Shown here: positions 50,135 through 58,889 of the stretch, piece by piece
How the letters are laid out: every line of letters starts with the position of its first letter
How positions within the stretch are numbered: the stretch's first letter is position 1
Notes under the pieces: model-generated
Seen by the model: the letters and a program-made list of their open reading frames with translations, nothing else
The model's database searches: none
What the model was told of the DNA's origin: nothing
Made by a program: the position numbers and the translations under genes
Source: Candidatus Multivorans sp.
Lineage (GTDB): Bacteria > Acidobacteriota > Thermoanaerobaculia > Multivoradales > Multivoraceae
NCBI GenBank assembly: GCA_965247095.1
Contig: OZ251997.1
Span: 128,001 to 192,000 of the forward strand
Length of the DNA: 64,000 bases
Direction of reading: 5' to 3'

Positions 50135-50704
50135 CTACGCCCCCGCGCCCGCCTCCAACCCGGTCACGTCGTACGACATCAGGATCAGGTCGTGGGTGGC
50201 GTCGTCGGGATCGATCACCCAATCCGCGAGCAGGGCTTCGATCGAGAAGCCCAGCTTGTGGAACATCTGGCGGGCGCCGCGCTGCTCGCGGGCCATCTGG
50301 GCGACGATCTTGGTCAGCCCGATCTGTTGGGCGAGCTGGAAGATGTCGTGGGCCAGGTGGCCTCCGAGACCGGCCTGCCGGACCTCCGGCAGCACCATGA
50401 TCCGGATCTCGCCCAGGTGCCGCATCCACGACGACTCGCGGCGGTTCAGGCTGCCGTAGCCCACGAGCCGGCCGTCGAGGTGGGCGAGCACGGCAATCCG
50501 GAGCCCCGAGTTCACGCCGTCGATCCAGTGGTCGACGACCTTGGGGTCGGTCAGGTCGACACGCAGAAACCGAAGATCTTCTTCCGGCAGGGCGCGCGCA
50601 AAAGCCAGCATGTCGTCGCGGTCGTCCTGACCCAGGAGACGGAACTCGAAGGGCTTGCCCTTGAGGTGGACCGTGCGCGGGTACTCGTTCGCCATGTCGT
50701 TCAC
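50135..50704 (-). CDS. GNAT N-acetyltransferase
   Basis: HLGEIRIMVLPEVRQAGLGG..MFHKLGFSIEA. Confidence 0.88.
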   Translation of the reverse strand: MNDMANEYPRTVHLKGKPFEFRLLGQDDRDDMLAFARALPEEDLRFLRVDLTDPKVVDHWIDGVNSGLRIAVLAHLDGRLVGYGSLNRRESSWMRHLGEIRIMVLPEVRQAGLGGHLAHDIFQLAQQIGLTKIVAQMAREQRGARQMFHKLGFSIEALLADWVIDPDDATHDLILMSYDVTGLEAGAGA

Positions 50705-51033
50705 TCGGGTGCCTCCGTTTCGCCTGCCGGTTCTTCGGCCGGGTCGCCTTCCGCGAGCCGGTCGAAGTAGGTGGTGACGGCCGCGAAGGAGCCGTCCACC
50801 GTGTTCTTGAACTGACGTTGACCCTGTTCGGCCGCGTCGCGCCAGGTCTGCATGAGGGCGCGCGCTTCGTCAGGCAGGTTCGGAACTTGGCCGATCATCC
50901 GGTCGGCGAGTTCGAGCTGCCGTTCCTGCAGCGCGACGATCGCGTTGTAGCCGTTCTCGAACGCGGACTTCTGGAACTCGAGCACCTGCTTCTGGTAGTC
51001 GAGCACCTGCTTTGGAATGGTGGGACGGTTCAT
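50701..51033 (-). CDS. Phasin-like helical protein
   Basis: KQVLEFQKSAFENGYNAIVALQERQ..LPDEAR..W..FKNTVDGSF amphipathic helical pattern. Confidence 0.6.
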   Translation of the reverse strand: MNRPTIPKQVLDYQKQVLEFQKSAFENGYNAIVALQERQLELADRMIGQVPNLPDEARALMQTWRDAAEQGQRQFKNTVDGSFAAVTTYFDRLAEGDPAEEPAGETEAPE

Positions 51034-51417
51034 CTAGGTCTCCAGGGTCTGCTCTGCGTGCGGTCGCGGCGCAAGTGGCGCATTGCGAACCGGCCGGCGC
51101 GGAGCGCTGCCGGCTGCTTCGCGGAGTTCGTCGAGGGACTCGGCGAGCAGGTCGGGCAGCACGGCGCCGTCCGGACAGGCTCGTTCGTCCACCGTGAGGC
51201 CGACGTGCAGCAGTTGGTTGTAGGCGAAGAACGCGGCCCCGGCCCAGTTCTCGAGCCACTCGGCCACTCGCCTGCCGGAGTCGACTCCGGACCGGAACGC
51301 GTCGTCCCCGCCGTTGCCGTTCGCGGCCAGTCCGGCGATGTGCAATCCAGGGCTCTGGCGCTCCAGGTTCCACAGGAAAGCGCGGTCCGCCGCCAGCGGT
51401 TCGTTGGCGGTCGTCAT
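51034..51417 (-). CDS. Hypothetical protein
   Basis: Coupled to both neighbours (ATGA overlap; abutting start and stop). Confidence 0.55.
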   Translation of the reverse strand: MTTANEPLAADRAFLWNLERQSPGLHIAGLAANGNGGDDAFRSGVDSGRRVAEWLENWAGAAFFAYNQLLHVGLTVDERACPDGAVLPDLLAESLDELREAAGSAPRRPVRNAPLAPRPHAEQTLET

Positions 51418-52223
51418 GGTGTGGAGTCGCCTGCCGCGGGATGGCGGCTCAGGAAGCGGGCGAGGTGACGGTAGGCCAGCGGGTTGGCGGCGAGTCCGCT
51501 GTGGGTGCCTGGAACCTCCGCGTTCTTTGCGGGATCGTGGAGGCGCGTGTAGCGCCAGGCGACGACGCCGTCACGCCGCGTGTAGATCGCGAGTTGCGGG
51601 ATCTCCTCCGGAAAGACGCCCTGAACCGCGCGCACGAAGTCGCACCGGCAGTCGCCCGAGAAGCACCCGGGGTTCCGGCCTCCGTCCTGTTCGACTACGC
51701 GACGCCGTACGACCTCCGCCAACCGCACGACGAGAGGGTGGGAGCGGACCCCTCGGATCGGCGTCCCCATCGTGGTGACCGAGGCAACCAGGTCGGGCCG
51801 CAAAGACGCGACACCGCGGCAAAGCACGCCGCCCAGGCTGTGGCCGACGACGTGTACGCGGCGGCCGGTTCCCGCGGCCGCGGTCTCGAGCGTTGTCGTC
51901 AATCGCTGTCCCAGCCGCTCCAGGCAGTTCGCGTTGTGACCGATGCCGGAGGCGTAGGGCCGGTAGCCGATGCGGTTGAGCCAGCCGCGCATCGGGGCCA
52001 GGTAGCCGTCGGTGGCGGTGAAACCGGGCACGACGACGACCGCGGCGCCGTCGCCCCGGGGGACGCCGAAGCCGTGGTAGATCGGCGTCATGGGAAGGAC
52101 GCAGAACTCCGCGATCGCGAAGCCCTCGCGCCACAGTGGCAGAGCGGCTGGAACGGTGTCCCGCAGCAGGCGCGGATTCACGCTCCAGATCGGGTTGGTT
52201 GGACGGCGTGGCGCCGATGTCAC
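51414..52223 (-). CDS. Alpha/beta-hydrolase (lipase/esterase-like)
   Basis: VVVPGF oxyanion loop, GHSLGG nucleophile, DGVV, HSGL; GTG start with GGAG RBS. Confidence 0.88.
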   Translation of the reverse strand: MTSAPRRPTNPIWSVNPRLLRDTVPAALPLWREGFAIAEFCVLPMTPIYHGFGVPRGDGAAVVVVPGFTATDGYLAPMRGWLNRIGYRPYASGIGHNANCLERLGQRLTTTLETAAAGTGRRVHVVGHSLGGVLCRGVASLRPDLVASVTTMGTPIRGVRSHPLVVRLAEVVRRRVVEQDGGRNPGCFSGDCRCDFVRAVQGVFPEEIPQLAIYTRRDGVVAWRYTRLHDPAKNAEVPGTHSGLAANPLAYRHLARFLSRHPAAGDSTP

Positions 52224-52239
52224 GGGGCGACTCTCCGCA

Positions 52240-53808
52240 CTATGCGACTCCCTGGAGGCGGTCGCCCGGATCCGCTGGGGCGTCGGACATCGAGATGTCG
52301 GCCGGCTCCGCGATAGCGACCGGCTCGGCGGTCGGGGCCGGCGTTGCGGCCCCCGGCTCCGCCGCTTCGGCCTGGTCAAGGGCGGCGAAGCAGCGCGCTC
52401 CCGTCGCTTCGTCGTCCTCGATGCCGGCGGCCTGCCGCAGTTCGGCGTAGGACGCCTCGAGGCATTGGGTGAGGAACCACGGATCGGGAATCAGCTTCGA
52501 GTCCACGGTGATGCCGAGTGTGATGCGCTGGTTGTAGGTCAGGATGGAGACGAACAGGCCGATGTTGTTCGACACGATACCGAGCGGCAGCCAGTCGACC
52601 AGCTTGTGCTGTCCGAAGTAGAGGGGGATCATCGGGCCGGGCACGTTCGTCGACACGGTGTTGAACAGCGTCTGTGAGAACGGCAGCGCCGCGCCCAGGG
52701 CCGCCATCAGGGGCGGCACGCGGATGCCGAACTGGCTCAACTGGTAGAAGGCCTTGGCCTGTCCGGCTTCCTTCAGCTTGTTCATCGCGTCGCGTTCCCT
52801 GCCCAGGCGCTCGACCGGATCCTCGACGCCTACGAATAGCGGGGCGATCATGTTCGAGACCAGGTTGCCGAGCTGACCGCGTTCGCCCGCCTGCCGCATG
52901 CTGACCGGGCACATGGCGCGGAGTTCGAGCCCCGCCGTGTTCTGGCCGCGGGCACGCAGGTAGCGGCCGAGGCCGCCGGCGAGCATGGTGAGCACGACGT
53001 CGTTCACGGTGCCGCCCAGGGCCGACTTGACCGCGCGCATCGTCGGGAAGGCGAATTGGGCCCAGGCGAAACCGCGGTCGCCGCCGACCGGCCGGTTGAA
53101 CACCGTGCGCGGCGCCGGGGTGATGCTGACCGGCAACGTGGCGCTGCTGGCCGACATCATCTCGCGAGTGCGTTCCGCCATGACGTCGGGCCGCAGGGCG
53201 TCGAAGGCGGCTTCCGTCCAGGTCTGGTTCAGTTCGCCGAAACGATGCTGCATCGCTTCCTGGAGCAGACTCAAGGGTTCGGGCAGCGGCTGCGGCGCCC
53301 AGGGCTCGGCCGGCGGCGCCGGCAGCTCATCGGTCGGCGAGACGCCGCTCAGCACCATGGTCAGATCGACGCCGGAGACGCCGTCGACCATCGCGTGGTG
53401 GATCTTCCAGACCACGGCGGTGTGTCCCGGAATGCCGCGCAGCACGATCCCCTTCCACAGCGGACGGTCGCGGTCGAGCATGCCGCTGTAGGCCTCCGCG
53501 GCCCCGCGGCCCAGCACCTGCTCGTTGCTGTCCGCCGGTAGCCGGACTTCGTCGATGTGATTCTCGATATCGAAGTTCGGGTCGTCGACCCAGAGCGGAT
53601 GGGAGACGAGGAACGGCGGGAACACCACGCGCTGCCGGTACCGGGGCAGCAGGTGCATGCGGGCGCCGACCTGCTCGATCATGTGCTCTCTGGAGAACTC
53701 GCCCTCGTAGACCATGCAGCCACCGATGTGCATGGTTTCGTTGGGGCGTTCCACGTAGAGGAAGCCGGCGTCGAGGGGGCTGAGAAAGCGGCTCAGTTCC
53801 GGGGCCAT
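52240..53808 (-). CDS. Wax ester synthase/diacylglycerol acyltransferase (WS/DGAT)
   Basis: LSPLDAGFL..MHIG, LDRDRPLW, KIHHAMVDG (HHxxxDG), GTVNDV, TNVPGP. Confidence 0.95.
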   Translation of the reverse strand: MAPELSRFLSPLDAGFLYVERPNETMHIGGCMVYEGEFSREHMIEQVGARMHLLPRYRQRVVFPPFLVSHPLWVDDPNFDIENHIDEVRLPADSNEQVLGRGAAEAYSGMLDRDRPLWKGIVLRGIPGHTAVVWKIHHAMVDGVSGVDLTMVLSGVSPTDELPAPPAEPWAPQPLPEPLSLLQEAMQHRFGELNQTWTEAAFDALRPDVMAERTREMMSASSATLPVSITPAPRTVFNRPVGGDRGFAWAQFAFPTMRAVKSALGGTVNDVVLTMLAGGLGRYLRARGQNTAGLELRAMCPVSMRQAGERGQLGNLVSNMIAPLFVGVEDPVERLGRERDAMNKLKEAGQAKAFYQLSQFGIRVPPLMAALGAALPFSQTLFNTVSTNVPGPMIPLYFGQHKLVDWLPLGIVSNNIGLFVSILTYNQRITLGITVDSKLIPDPWFLTQCLEASYAELRQAAGIEDDEATGARCFAALDQAEAAEPGAATPAPTAEPVAIAEPADISMSDAPADPGDRLQGVA

Positions 53809-53865
53809 CGGGTCTCCAGAAGACGGCGGACCTGTGGGGGTTCGAGGCGGGTTTGCCGCACTGAT

Positions 53866-53880
53866 TGCTGCAATGCAGCA
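53866..53880. promoter_or_regulatory. Perfect 7-1-7 palindrome TGCTGCA-A-TGCAGCA, PhaR-like operator candidate
   Basis: About 58 bp upstream of the WS/DGAT start; TGC-rich palindromes are characteristic of PhaR sites. Confidence 0.55.
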
Positions 53881-53947
53881 GAGGCATCGTTACACACAAC
53901 CGGCCGAACGGCAAGGGGGAAGTGCGTCCGCTAGCCCGTTGAACGAA

Positions 53948-55948
53948 TCAGTCGTGCCGGCGCCAACGGAAGGCGGTGACGTCGATGACCTCGCGCGCGG
54001 GTTCGACGTTCACGCGAATCGGTGCCGTCGGCTGTGGAAAACGTGGCGTCAGGCAGCGGCGGCGTTGCCGGCCTTTCTGCGTCAGGCGGCAGGGAAGACC
54101 GTCGTCGCCGGCCTCGACCGCCACCTCGACCGTGTCGCGGTACGGCGTGCGGATTGCGATCTCGAGCGACACCAGGGACGGCTCGGGGCTCTCGGCGGCG
54201 CTGCCGGGAGCGGCGACGTCGACTTCGTAGACGCCTTCGCCCGCTGCCTCGAAGGGCGCCGGCGAGGGCGGCGCGAGCGCGTCGAACCGCCGGCGGACCA
54301 GGACGACGGGCTCGCCGCGCAGCCGGAACAGTCCTGGTTCGAAGCGCTGCAGCGTGGCGCCGTCCGCTGTCGCCAGTTCCCTGTAGACGGGATCCTGATC
54401 CGACTCGAGCCGCGAAGCGGAGAAGAGCAGCACATCGGCGCTTGCCCCTTCGGCGCCCAGTTCGACCGCGATGTCTTCGGTCCGGATCACGGTGGGAACG
54501 AAGGCGCTCAGCCAGGTTCTGGGATCGAAGGCCTGGGCTCCGAGTGGCAGTTCGGTCACGAACGTGCGCCCCCGAAGCGGCTTGCGCGCGCCGGCGACCC
54601 GTGCCGCTTCGTCTGTCGTCAGGGGAACGTTCTCGTCGTAGACGGTGCGGTGAATGAACTGAACTTTGGCGGCCAGAGCCGTGCCGACGATCAGGACCAG
54701 CGCCGGCGCAGCCGCCCGGCGCCACCAGGCGGGACCGGTGCGTCGAGCGGCGGTGACCAGACGGCCGATCAGCCAGGCGCCGGCGAGCGCGGCGACGGGA
54801 GCGACGATCAGCCAGTTGGGGGGTTTCGGGTACCGGGTGACTGTCCAGAGCGCGGCGACGTAACCGCCGAAGAAGGTCAGCACGATCCAGGCGTCCGCGG
54901 TCGTCACGGACCCGCCGGTGCCGGGGAGCGGGCCGGCCGTGCGAAGGTGACGGAGAGCCAGAACGAGCAGCCAGACCAGGCCAGCCAGGGCGCAGACGCC
55001 CAGGACCGGGCTGAGGTAGACGCTCCCGACAAGGCTGGTGGCCACGCTGAGCGGCTGATCGAACCACCCCGAGCCGGCATTTGTGAGCCGCTCCTGGTAC
55101 TGGTTGACCGTGGAGGCGAGGTGGCGGCGGTAGAGGTCCGGGTCGAGCACCAGCCACGGATTCAGGAGCAGCAGGACGCCAGCCGCAGCGGCAACGGCGG
55201 CAGCCGTCCTCCGCACGAGGAGTCCGATGTCCCGAAGCCCGCCCAGGGCAATGGTCACGAAAAGCGGCACGAGGAGCGCGCCCCCGTTCCACTTCGAGGC
55301 CACTGTGGCGCCGACCATGGCGCCCGCGACGGCGTAGCTGCGCAGACTGCCGCTCCGCCTGGCCGCCAGCATCGCGTAGAGCGCGACGACGGCTGTCAGG
55401 ACGAGCATGATGTCCGGTTTGAACGCTCCCGATTGCCGCAGGTGCCACGGCGCCACGGAGAGAAGTAGAACGCCCAGCAGTGCGACAGAGGATCCGAACA
55501 GGCGTCTGCCGATCAGAAACAGAATCCAGAGGGAGGCGGTGCCCACCAGGGCCTGGATTGCACGGCAGGCGCGGACACCCAGGGGCGTCAGGTAGGGCCT
55601 GCCGTCGGGGGCCAGGGCGAAGGCGGACGGCGTCGAACGCAGGCCGGGCAGCGAGCGCGCGGTCTCCCAGGTCTTGAGGACGAGCGCGTGCGGCAGGTAG
55701 GAGAGGGTCGGATAGTGCGCGCGCACCGGGCGGAGCTGACCCTCGGCCAGGATCGCCGCGACGTTGCCGGCGTTGTAGCGCTCGTCCCAGATGCGGTTCA
55801 TGGTCGGGTCGGGCCAACTGAAGATGAGGCGGACCGCAAACGCCCACAGCAGGAGCAGCCCGAGCAACCCCGCCTGAAGACGCGAGGTTGCGGGCGGGAC
55901 CCCTTCCGGGTCCGCGTGAACCGCCGGGTTCGAGTGAACCGCGGTCAT
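53948..55948 (-). CDS. GT-C glycosyltransferase (ArnT/PMT family 39-like)
   Basis: WDE after the first TM, YP, KPD, ASKWNG, many TM helices. Confidence 0.82.
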   Translation of the reverse strand: MTAVHSNPAVHADPEGVPPATSRLQAGLLGLLLLWAFAVRLIFSWPDPTMNRIWDERYNAGNVAAILAEGQLRPVRAHYPTLSYLPHALVLKTWETARSLPGLRSTPSAFALAPDGRPYLTPLGVRACRAIQALVGTASLWILFLIGRRLFGSSVALLGVLLLSVAPWHLRQSGAFKPDIMLVLTAVVALYAMLAARRSGSLRSYAVAGAMVGATVASKWNGGALLVPLFVTIALGGLRDIGLLVRRTAAAVAAAAGVLLLLNPWLVLDPDLYRRHLASTVNQYQERLTNAGSGWFDQPLSVATSLVGSVYLSPVLGVCALAGLVWLLVLALRHLRTAGPLPGTGGSVTTADAWIVLTFFGGYVAALWTVTRYPKPPNWLIVAPVAALAGAWLIGRLVTAARRTGPAWWRRAAAPALVLIVGTALAAKVQFIHRTVYDENVPLTTDEAARVAGARKPLRGRTFVTELPLGAQAFDPRTWLSAFVPTVIRTEDIAVELGAEGASADVLLFSASRLESDQDPVYRELATADGATLQRFEPGLFRLRGEPVVLVRRRFDALAPPSPAPFEAAGEGVYEVDVAAPGSAAESPEPSLVSLEIAIRTPYRDTVEVAVEAGDDGLPCRLTQKGRQRRRCLTPRFPQPTAPIRVNVEPAREVIDVTAFRWRRHD

Positions 55949-55952
55949 CGGC

Positions 55953-56852
55953 TCAGGCCAGGATCTGGTAGCCGGAGCGCGCGGTGAGCTCGCGGAACAG
56001 TTTCTGCAACCGTCCGAGCACCGGCCGCTCCCCGCTGCCGATCGGCCGGCCGTCGACCTCGGAGACCGCCACCAGTTCGCCCATCGTGCCAGTGCAGAAC
56101 GCTTCGTCGGCGCGGTAGAGCTCGGCCTGGGAGTAGTCGGTCACCTGGTGGGGAATGTCGTTGTCCCGGCAGAGTTCCAGCACGGTCGAGCGGGTCACTC
56201 CCTCGGGGCAGGCGTGGCAGTGGCTTGTCGTGACGACGCCGCCGCGCACCACGAAGACGTGGGTGGTGTTGGTCTCCGCGACGAAGCCCTGGCGGTCGAG
56301 CATCAGGGCGTCGTCGACGCCGGCCGCGTTCGCCTCGATCTTGGCCAGGATCGACTGGATCAGGTTGTTGTGGTGGATCTTCGGATCCATGCAGTCGGGC
56401 GGGAAGCGGCGGATCGAGGACGTGATCAGGCGGATCGGCTGCGAACCGTAGACCGGGGCCTTGTGCTCGGCGAGGACGATCAGGGTCGGTCCGGCGGTGT
56501 TGAGCCGCGGGTCCATCCCGGACGTGATCTTGACGCCTCGGGTCAGCGTGAGCCGGATGTGGACGTTGTCCCGCATCCCGTTCGCTTCGAGCGTGCGCCG
56601 GATCTCATCGATGATCGCCTCTTGGGACGGAATCTCGGTGAACGCCAGGGCCAGGGCCGAGTCGCGGAGCCGTTCCAGGTGCCGTTCGAGCTTGAAGATG
56701 CGGCCGTCGTACAGGCGCAGCCCCTCCCAGACGGCGTCGCCGCCCTGGACGGCGGAGTCGAAGGGACTGATTCCCGCGCGGTCGCGGTGGATCAGCTCGC
56801 CGTTGATGTTGACCAGCAGGTCGGCGTTCCGGGGGTCGGCCTTTTGCAGCAT
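55953..56852 (-). CDS. Aminotransferase class IV
   Basis: GDAVWEGLR, KIHHNNL, GFVAETN, EGVTR, ADEAFCTGTMGE. Confidence 0.93.
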   Translation of the reverse strand: MLQKADPRNADLLVNINGELIHRDRAGISPFDSAVQGGDAVWEGLRLYDGRIFKLERHLERLRDSALALAFTEIPSQEAIIDEIRRTLEANGMRDNVHIRLTLTRGVKITSGMDPRLNTAGPTLIVLAEHKAPVYGSQPIRLITSSIRRFPPDCMDPKIHHNNLIQSILAKIEANAAGVDDALMLDRQGFVAETNTTHVFVVRGGVVTTSHCHACPEGVTRSTVLELCRDNDIPHQVTDYSQAELYRADEAFCTGTMGELVAVSEVDGRPIGSGERPVLGRLQKLFRELTARSGYQILA

Positions 56853-56883
56853 GGTTGGGTCCGTGGGTCGGTAGGTCGGTTGA

Positions 56884-57648
56884 TCAGAAGACGAGCCGAT
56901 GCACGGCAAGGTGATCGTAGTGGCCCTGGCACTCCTCGAGAACATCGGCCAGGAAGTCGGGCACCGGCTCGTTCTTGGGACGGTAGGGAGCGAAGCCGGT
57001 GCTCTTCTCGACCGCGCCGTACCAGTGCGGCGCCCAGATTCCGTCCGTGTCGCGGCGGCCCGGCGGCCAGCTCAGCATCGCTTCGTCGAATTCCGCGCCG
57101 ACCACCCGGCACAGGCTCTCGAGACCCGCGCGCGGATTCCGCAGCACGTCGGCCGAGTCGATCACGGCAGGGGGCGCGCCGAGCCGCTCGCACTCCAGGT
57201 CGAACAGCTCCCGCTGTTGCGGCAGGCCGGTGTCGGGCAGGGTCGGCTGCGGGAGGATGCGCATCAGTGAGGTCAGCATCTCGGCCGGGTCGCGGACCAG
57301 GAACACGTTGGTCAGCCGGGTGACCCAGGATCGGTCACCGGGGAGCAGGTGATGCGCCATGTGCTTCTGGTAGAAGATCGGCTGGTCTTCTGGCGCGTCC
57401 TCGGTCAGCCACTTCGTGACCCGCTCCAGGTCGCTGTCGTGGTGGGCGAGGATGTTCTCCCGTCCCGGATGGTCGTGGCCGTGGTCCACGAGGTAGTTCG
57501 CGTACAGGGGCTCGTCGCACACGAACGTGTCTCGGCGGTTTCCCCACGCGCGCAGCATCGCGGTCGAGATGTTGCGCGGCCCGGACCACATGGCGATGCG
57601 AAGCAAGGAGCCTCGTGCGCCGGAAACGTCTTCACCCATGCGCTGCAT
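56884..57648 (-). CDS. Sulfotransferase-like P-loop protein
   Basis: IAMWSGPRNISTAML, DEPLY, YQKHMAHH, FLVRDP, WAPHWY. Confidence 0.85.
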   Translation of the reverse strand: MQRMGEDVSGARGSLLRIAMWSGPRNISTAMLRAWGNRRDTFVCDEPLYANYLVDHGHDHPGRENILAHHDSDLERVTKWLTEDAPEDQPIFYQKHMAHHLLPGDRSWVTRLTNVFLVRDPAEMLTSLMRILPQPTLPDTGLPQQRELFDLECERLGAPPAVIDSADVLRNPRAGLESLCRVVGAEFDEAMLSWPPGRRDTDGIWAPHWYGAVEKSTGFAPYRPKNEPVPDFLADVLEECQGHYDHLAVHRLVF

Positions 57649-57689
57649 TCTAAGTCGGCCCTTGCGGATCCCAGTGATAGCTTGCGCCG

Positions 57690-58889
57690 ATGGGCCGGCG
57701 GGCTGAGTTCGAGGCGGAGCATCCCGAAGTTCACGTCCTGTCGGCCGATCAGGCGGGGCGGGTGGATCTCGTGATGGGTGCTCTCGGCTGGCTGGGCGAC
57801 GAGGAACAGGTGACAACCTGCACTTCGCTCGGTGGCGAGTCCAGCACCGTGATGCGGGTCGAGCTGCAGGAGCTGCGCGGCGGTTGGCGCACCGCGGTCT
57901 TGAAACAGGCCCTGCCGTGGCTGCGGCGGGACGAGTCGGTCGCCATGCCGGAGGACCGCGGGGGTGCGGAACTGCGCTTCTATCGTCGCGTGGCCGGGCT
58001 GCCGGAGGCCGCGGCGGGCATGCCTCGGCTGCTCGGAGGCGACGAGACGAGGTCCGTGCTGTTGCTCGAGGACTTCCGGGGCGCTTCGGATCTCACTTCG
58101 CTCTACCGGGGCGGTTCCCTCGGCGAGGACGCCGCGGATGCCTTGGGTTCCTTCCTTCGAGCGCTTCATCTTGGGACCCGTGGCGGGCAGTCTCCGGAGC
58201 TGGCCAACACCGGCATGAGGACGCTGAACCGCCGGCTGTTGTTCGAGGCGCCGTTCGCAGCGTCGTCGGCCGGCGCTGACACATTCGGTTCCGACGGACC
58301 GGCGCTCGATCACGCGGCACTCGAAGCGGTCGAGCCGGGCCTGGGCGACGCGGCGACCGCGTTGCGGGAGGATCGTGCACTTGGCGAAGCCTTGTGCGCC
58401 CTCGCCGGGCGGTACCTGGAGGGTCGAGGGTGCCTGGTTCACGGCGCCTTCCATCCGGGCAACTGGCTGTTGCTCCCCGACGGTGGCGTGCGGGTCGTCG
58501 ACCCGCAGTACGGAGGTTGGGGAGATGCGGAGTTCGACATAGGCACCGGTCTTGCCCACCTGCTACTCGCGCAGCAACCGCATGAGGCCGTCAGCGCCTT
58601 CCTGTCCGCAGCCTCGAACCGGCCGGAAGGTGCGGGAGCGTCAGAGGATTCGGACTCTTGCGCGCCGGAAGCGGGCCGCGACGTGACGGGCGGTGACGCT
58701 TCGTCCGGCGCGGCGGACACCGATGTCGATAGGGAACTGATCGCGCGCTATGCCGGAGGGGAGTTGGTCCGGCGTCTGATCGGTGGCGGTCGGCCGTCCC
58801 TCGCAGCCGACGCGGGTTTTCGTTGCACTCTTCTGGAGGCGGCCCGGACAGCAGTCATCTCAGGCCGCATGGAGGTCTTGGAGACATGA
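57690..58889 (+). CDS. APH/MtnK-like phosphotransferase-fold protein with degenerate catalytic motifs
   Basis: LKQALPWL..E..FY, LLLEDF, LVHGAFHPGNW, VVDPQY..FDIG. Confidence 0.72.
   Translation: MGRRAEFEAEHPEVHVLSADQAGRVDLVMGALGWLGDEEQVTTCTSLGGESSTVMRVELQELRGGWRTAVLKQALPWLRRDESVAMPEDRGGAELRFYRRVAGLPEAAAGMPRLLGGDETRSVLLLEDFRGASDLTSLYRGGSLGEDAADALGSFLRALHLGTRGGQSPELANTGMRTLNRRLLFEAPFAASSAGADTFGSDGPALDHAALEAVEPGLGDAATALREDRALGEALCALAGRYLEGRGCLVHGAFHPGNWLLLPDGGVRVVDPQYGGWGDAEFDIGTGLAHLLLAQQPHEAVSAFLSAASNRPEGAGASEDSDSCAPEAGRDVTGGDASSGAADTDVDRELIARYAGGELVRRLIGGGRPSLAADAGFRCTLLEAARTAVISGRMEVLET

Noticed and set aside
49843-50704. GNAT toxin + HigA as a toxin-antitoxin pair
   Set aside because: The GNAT is coupled to the lipid operon and GNAT toxins usually pair with upstream RHH antitoxins; higA looks orphan
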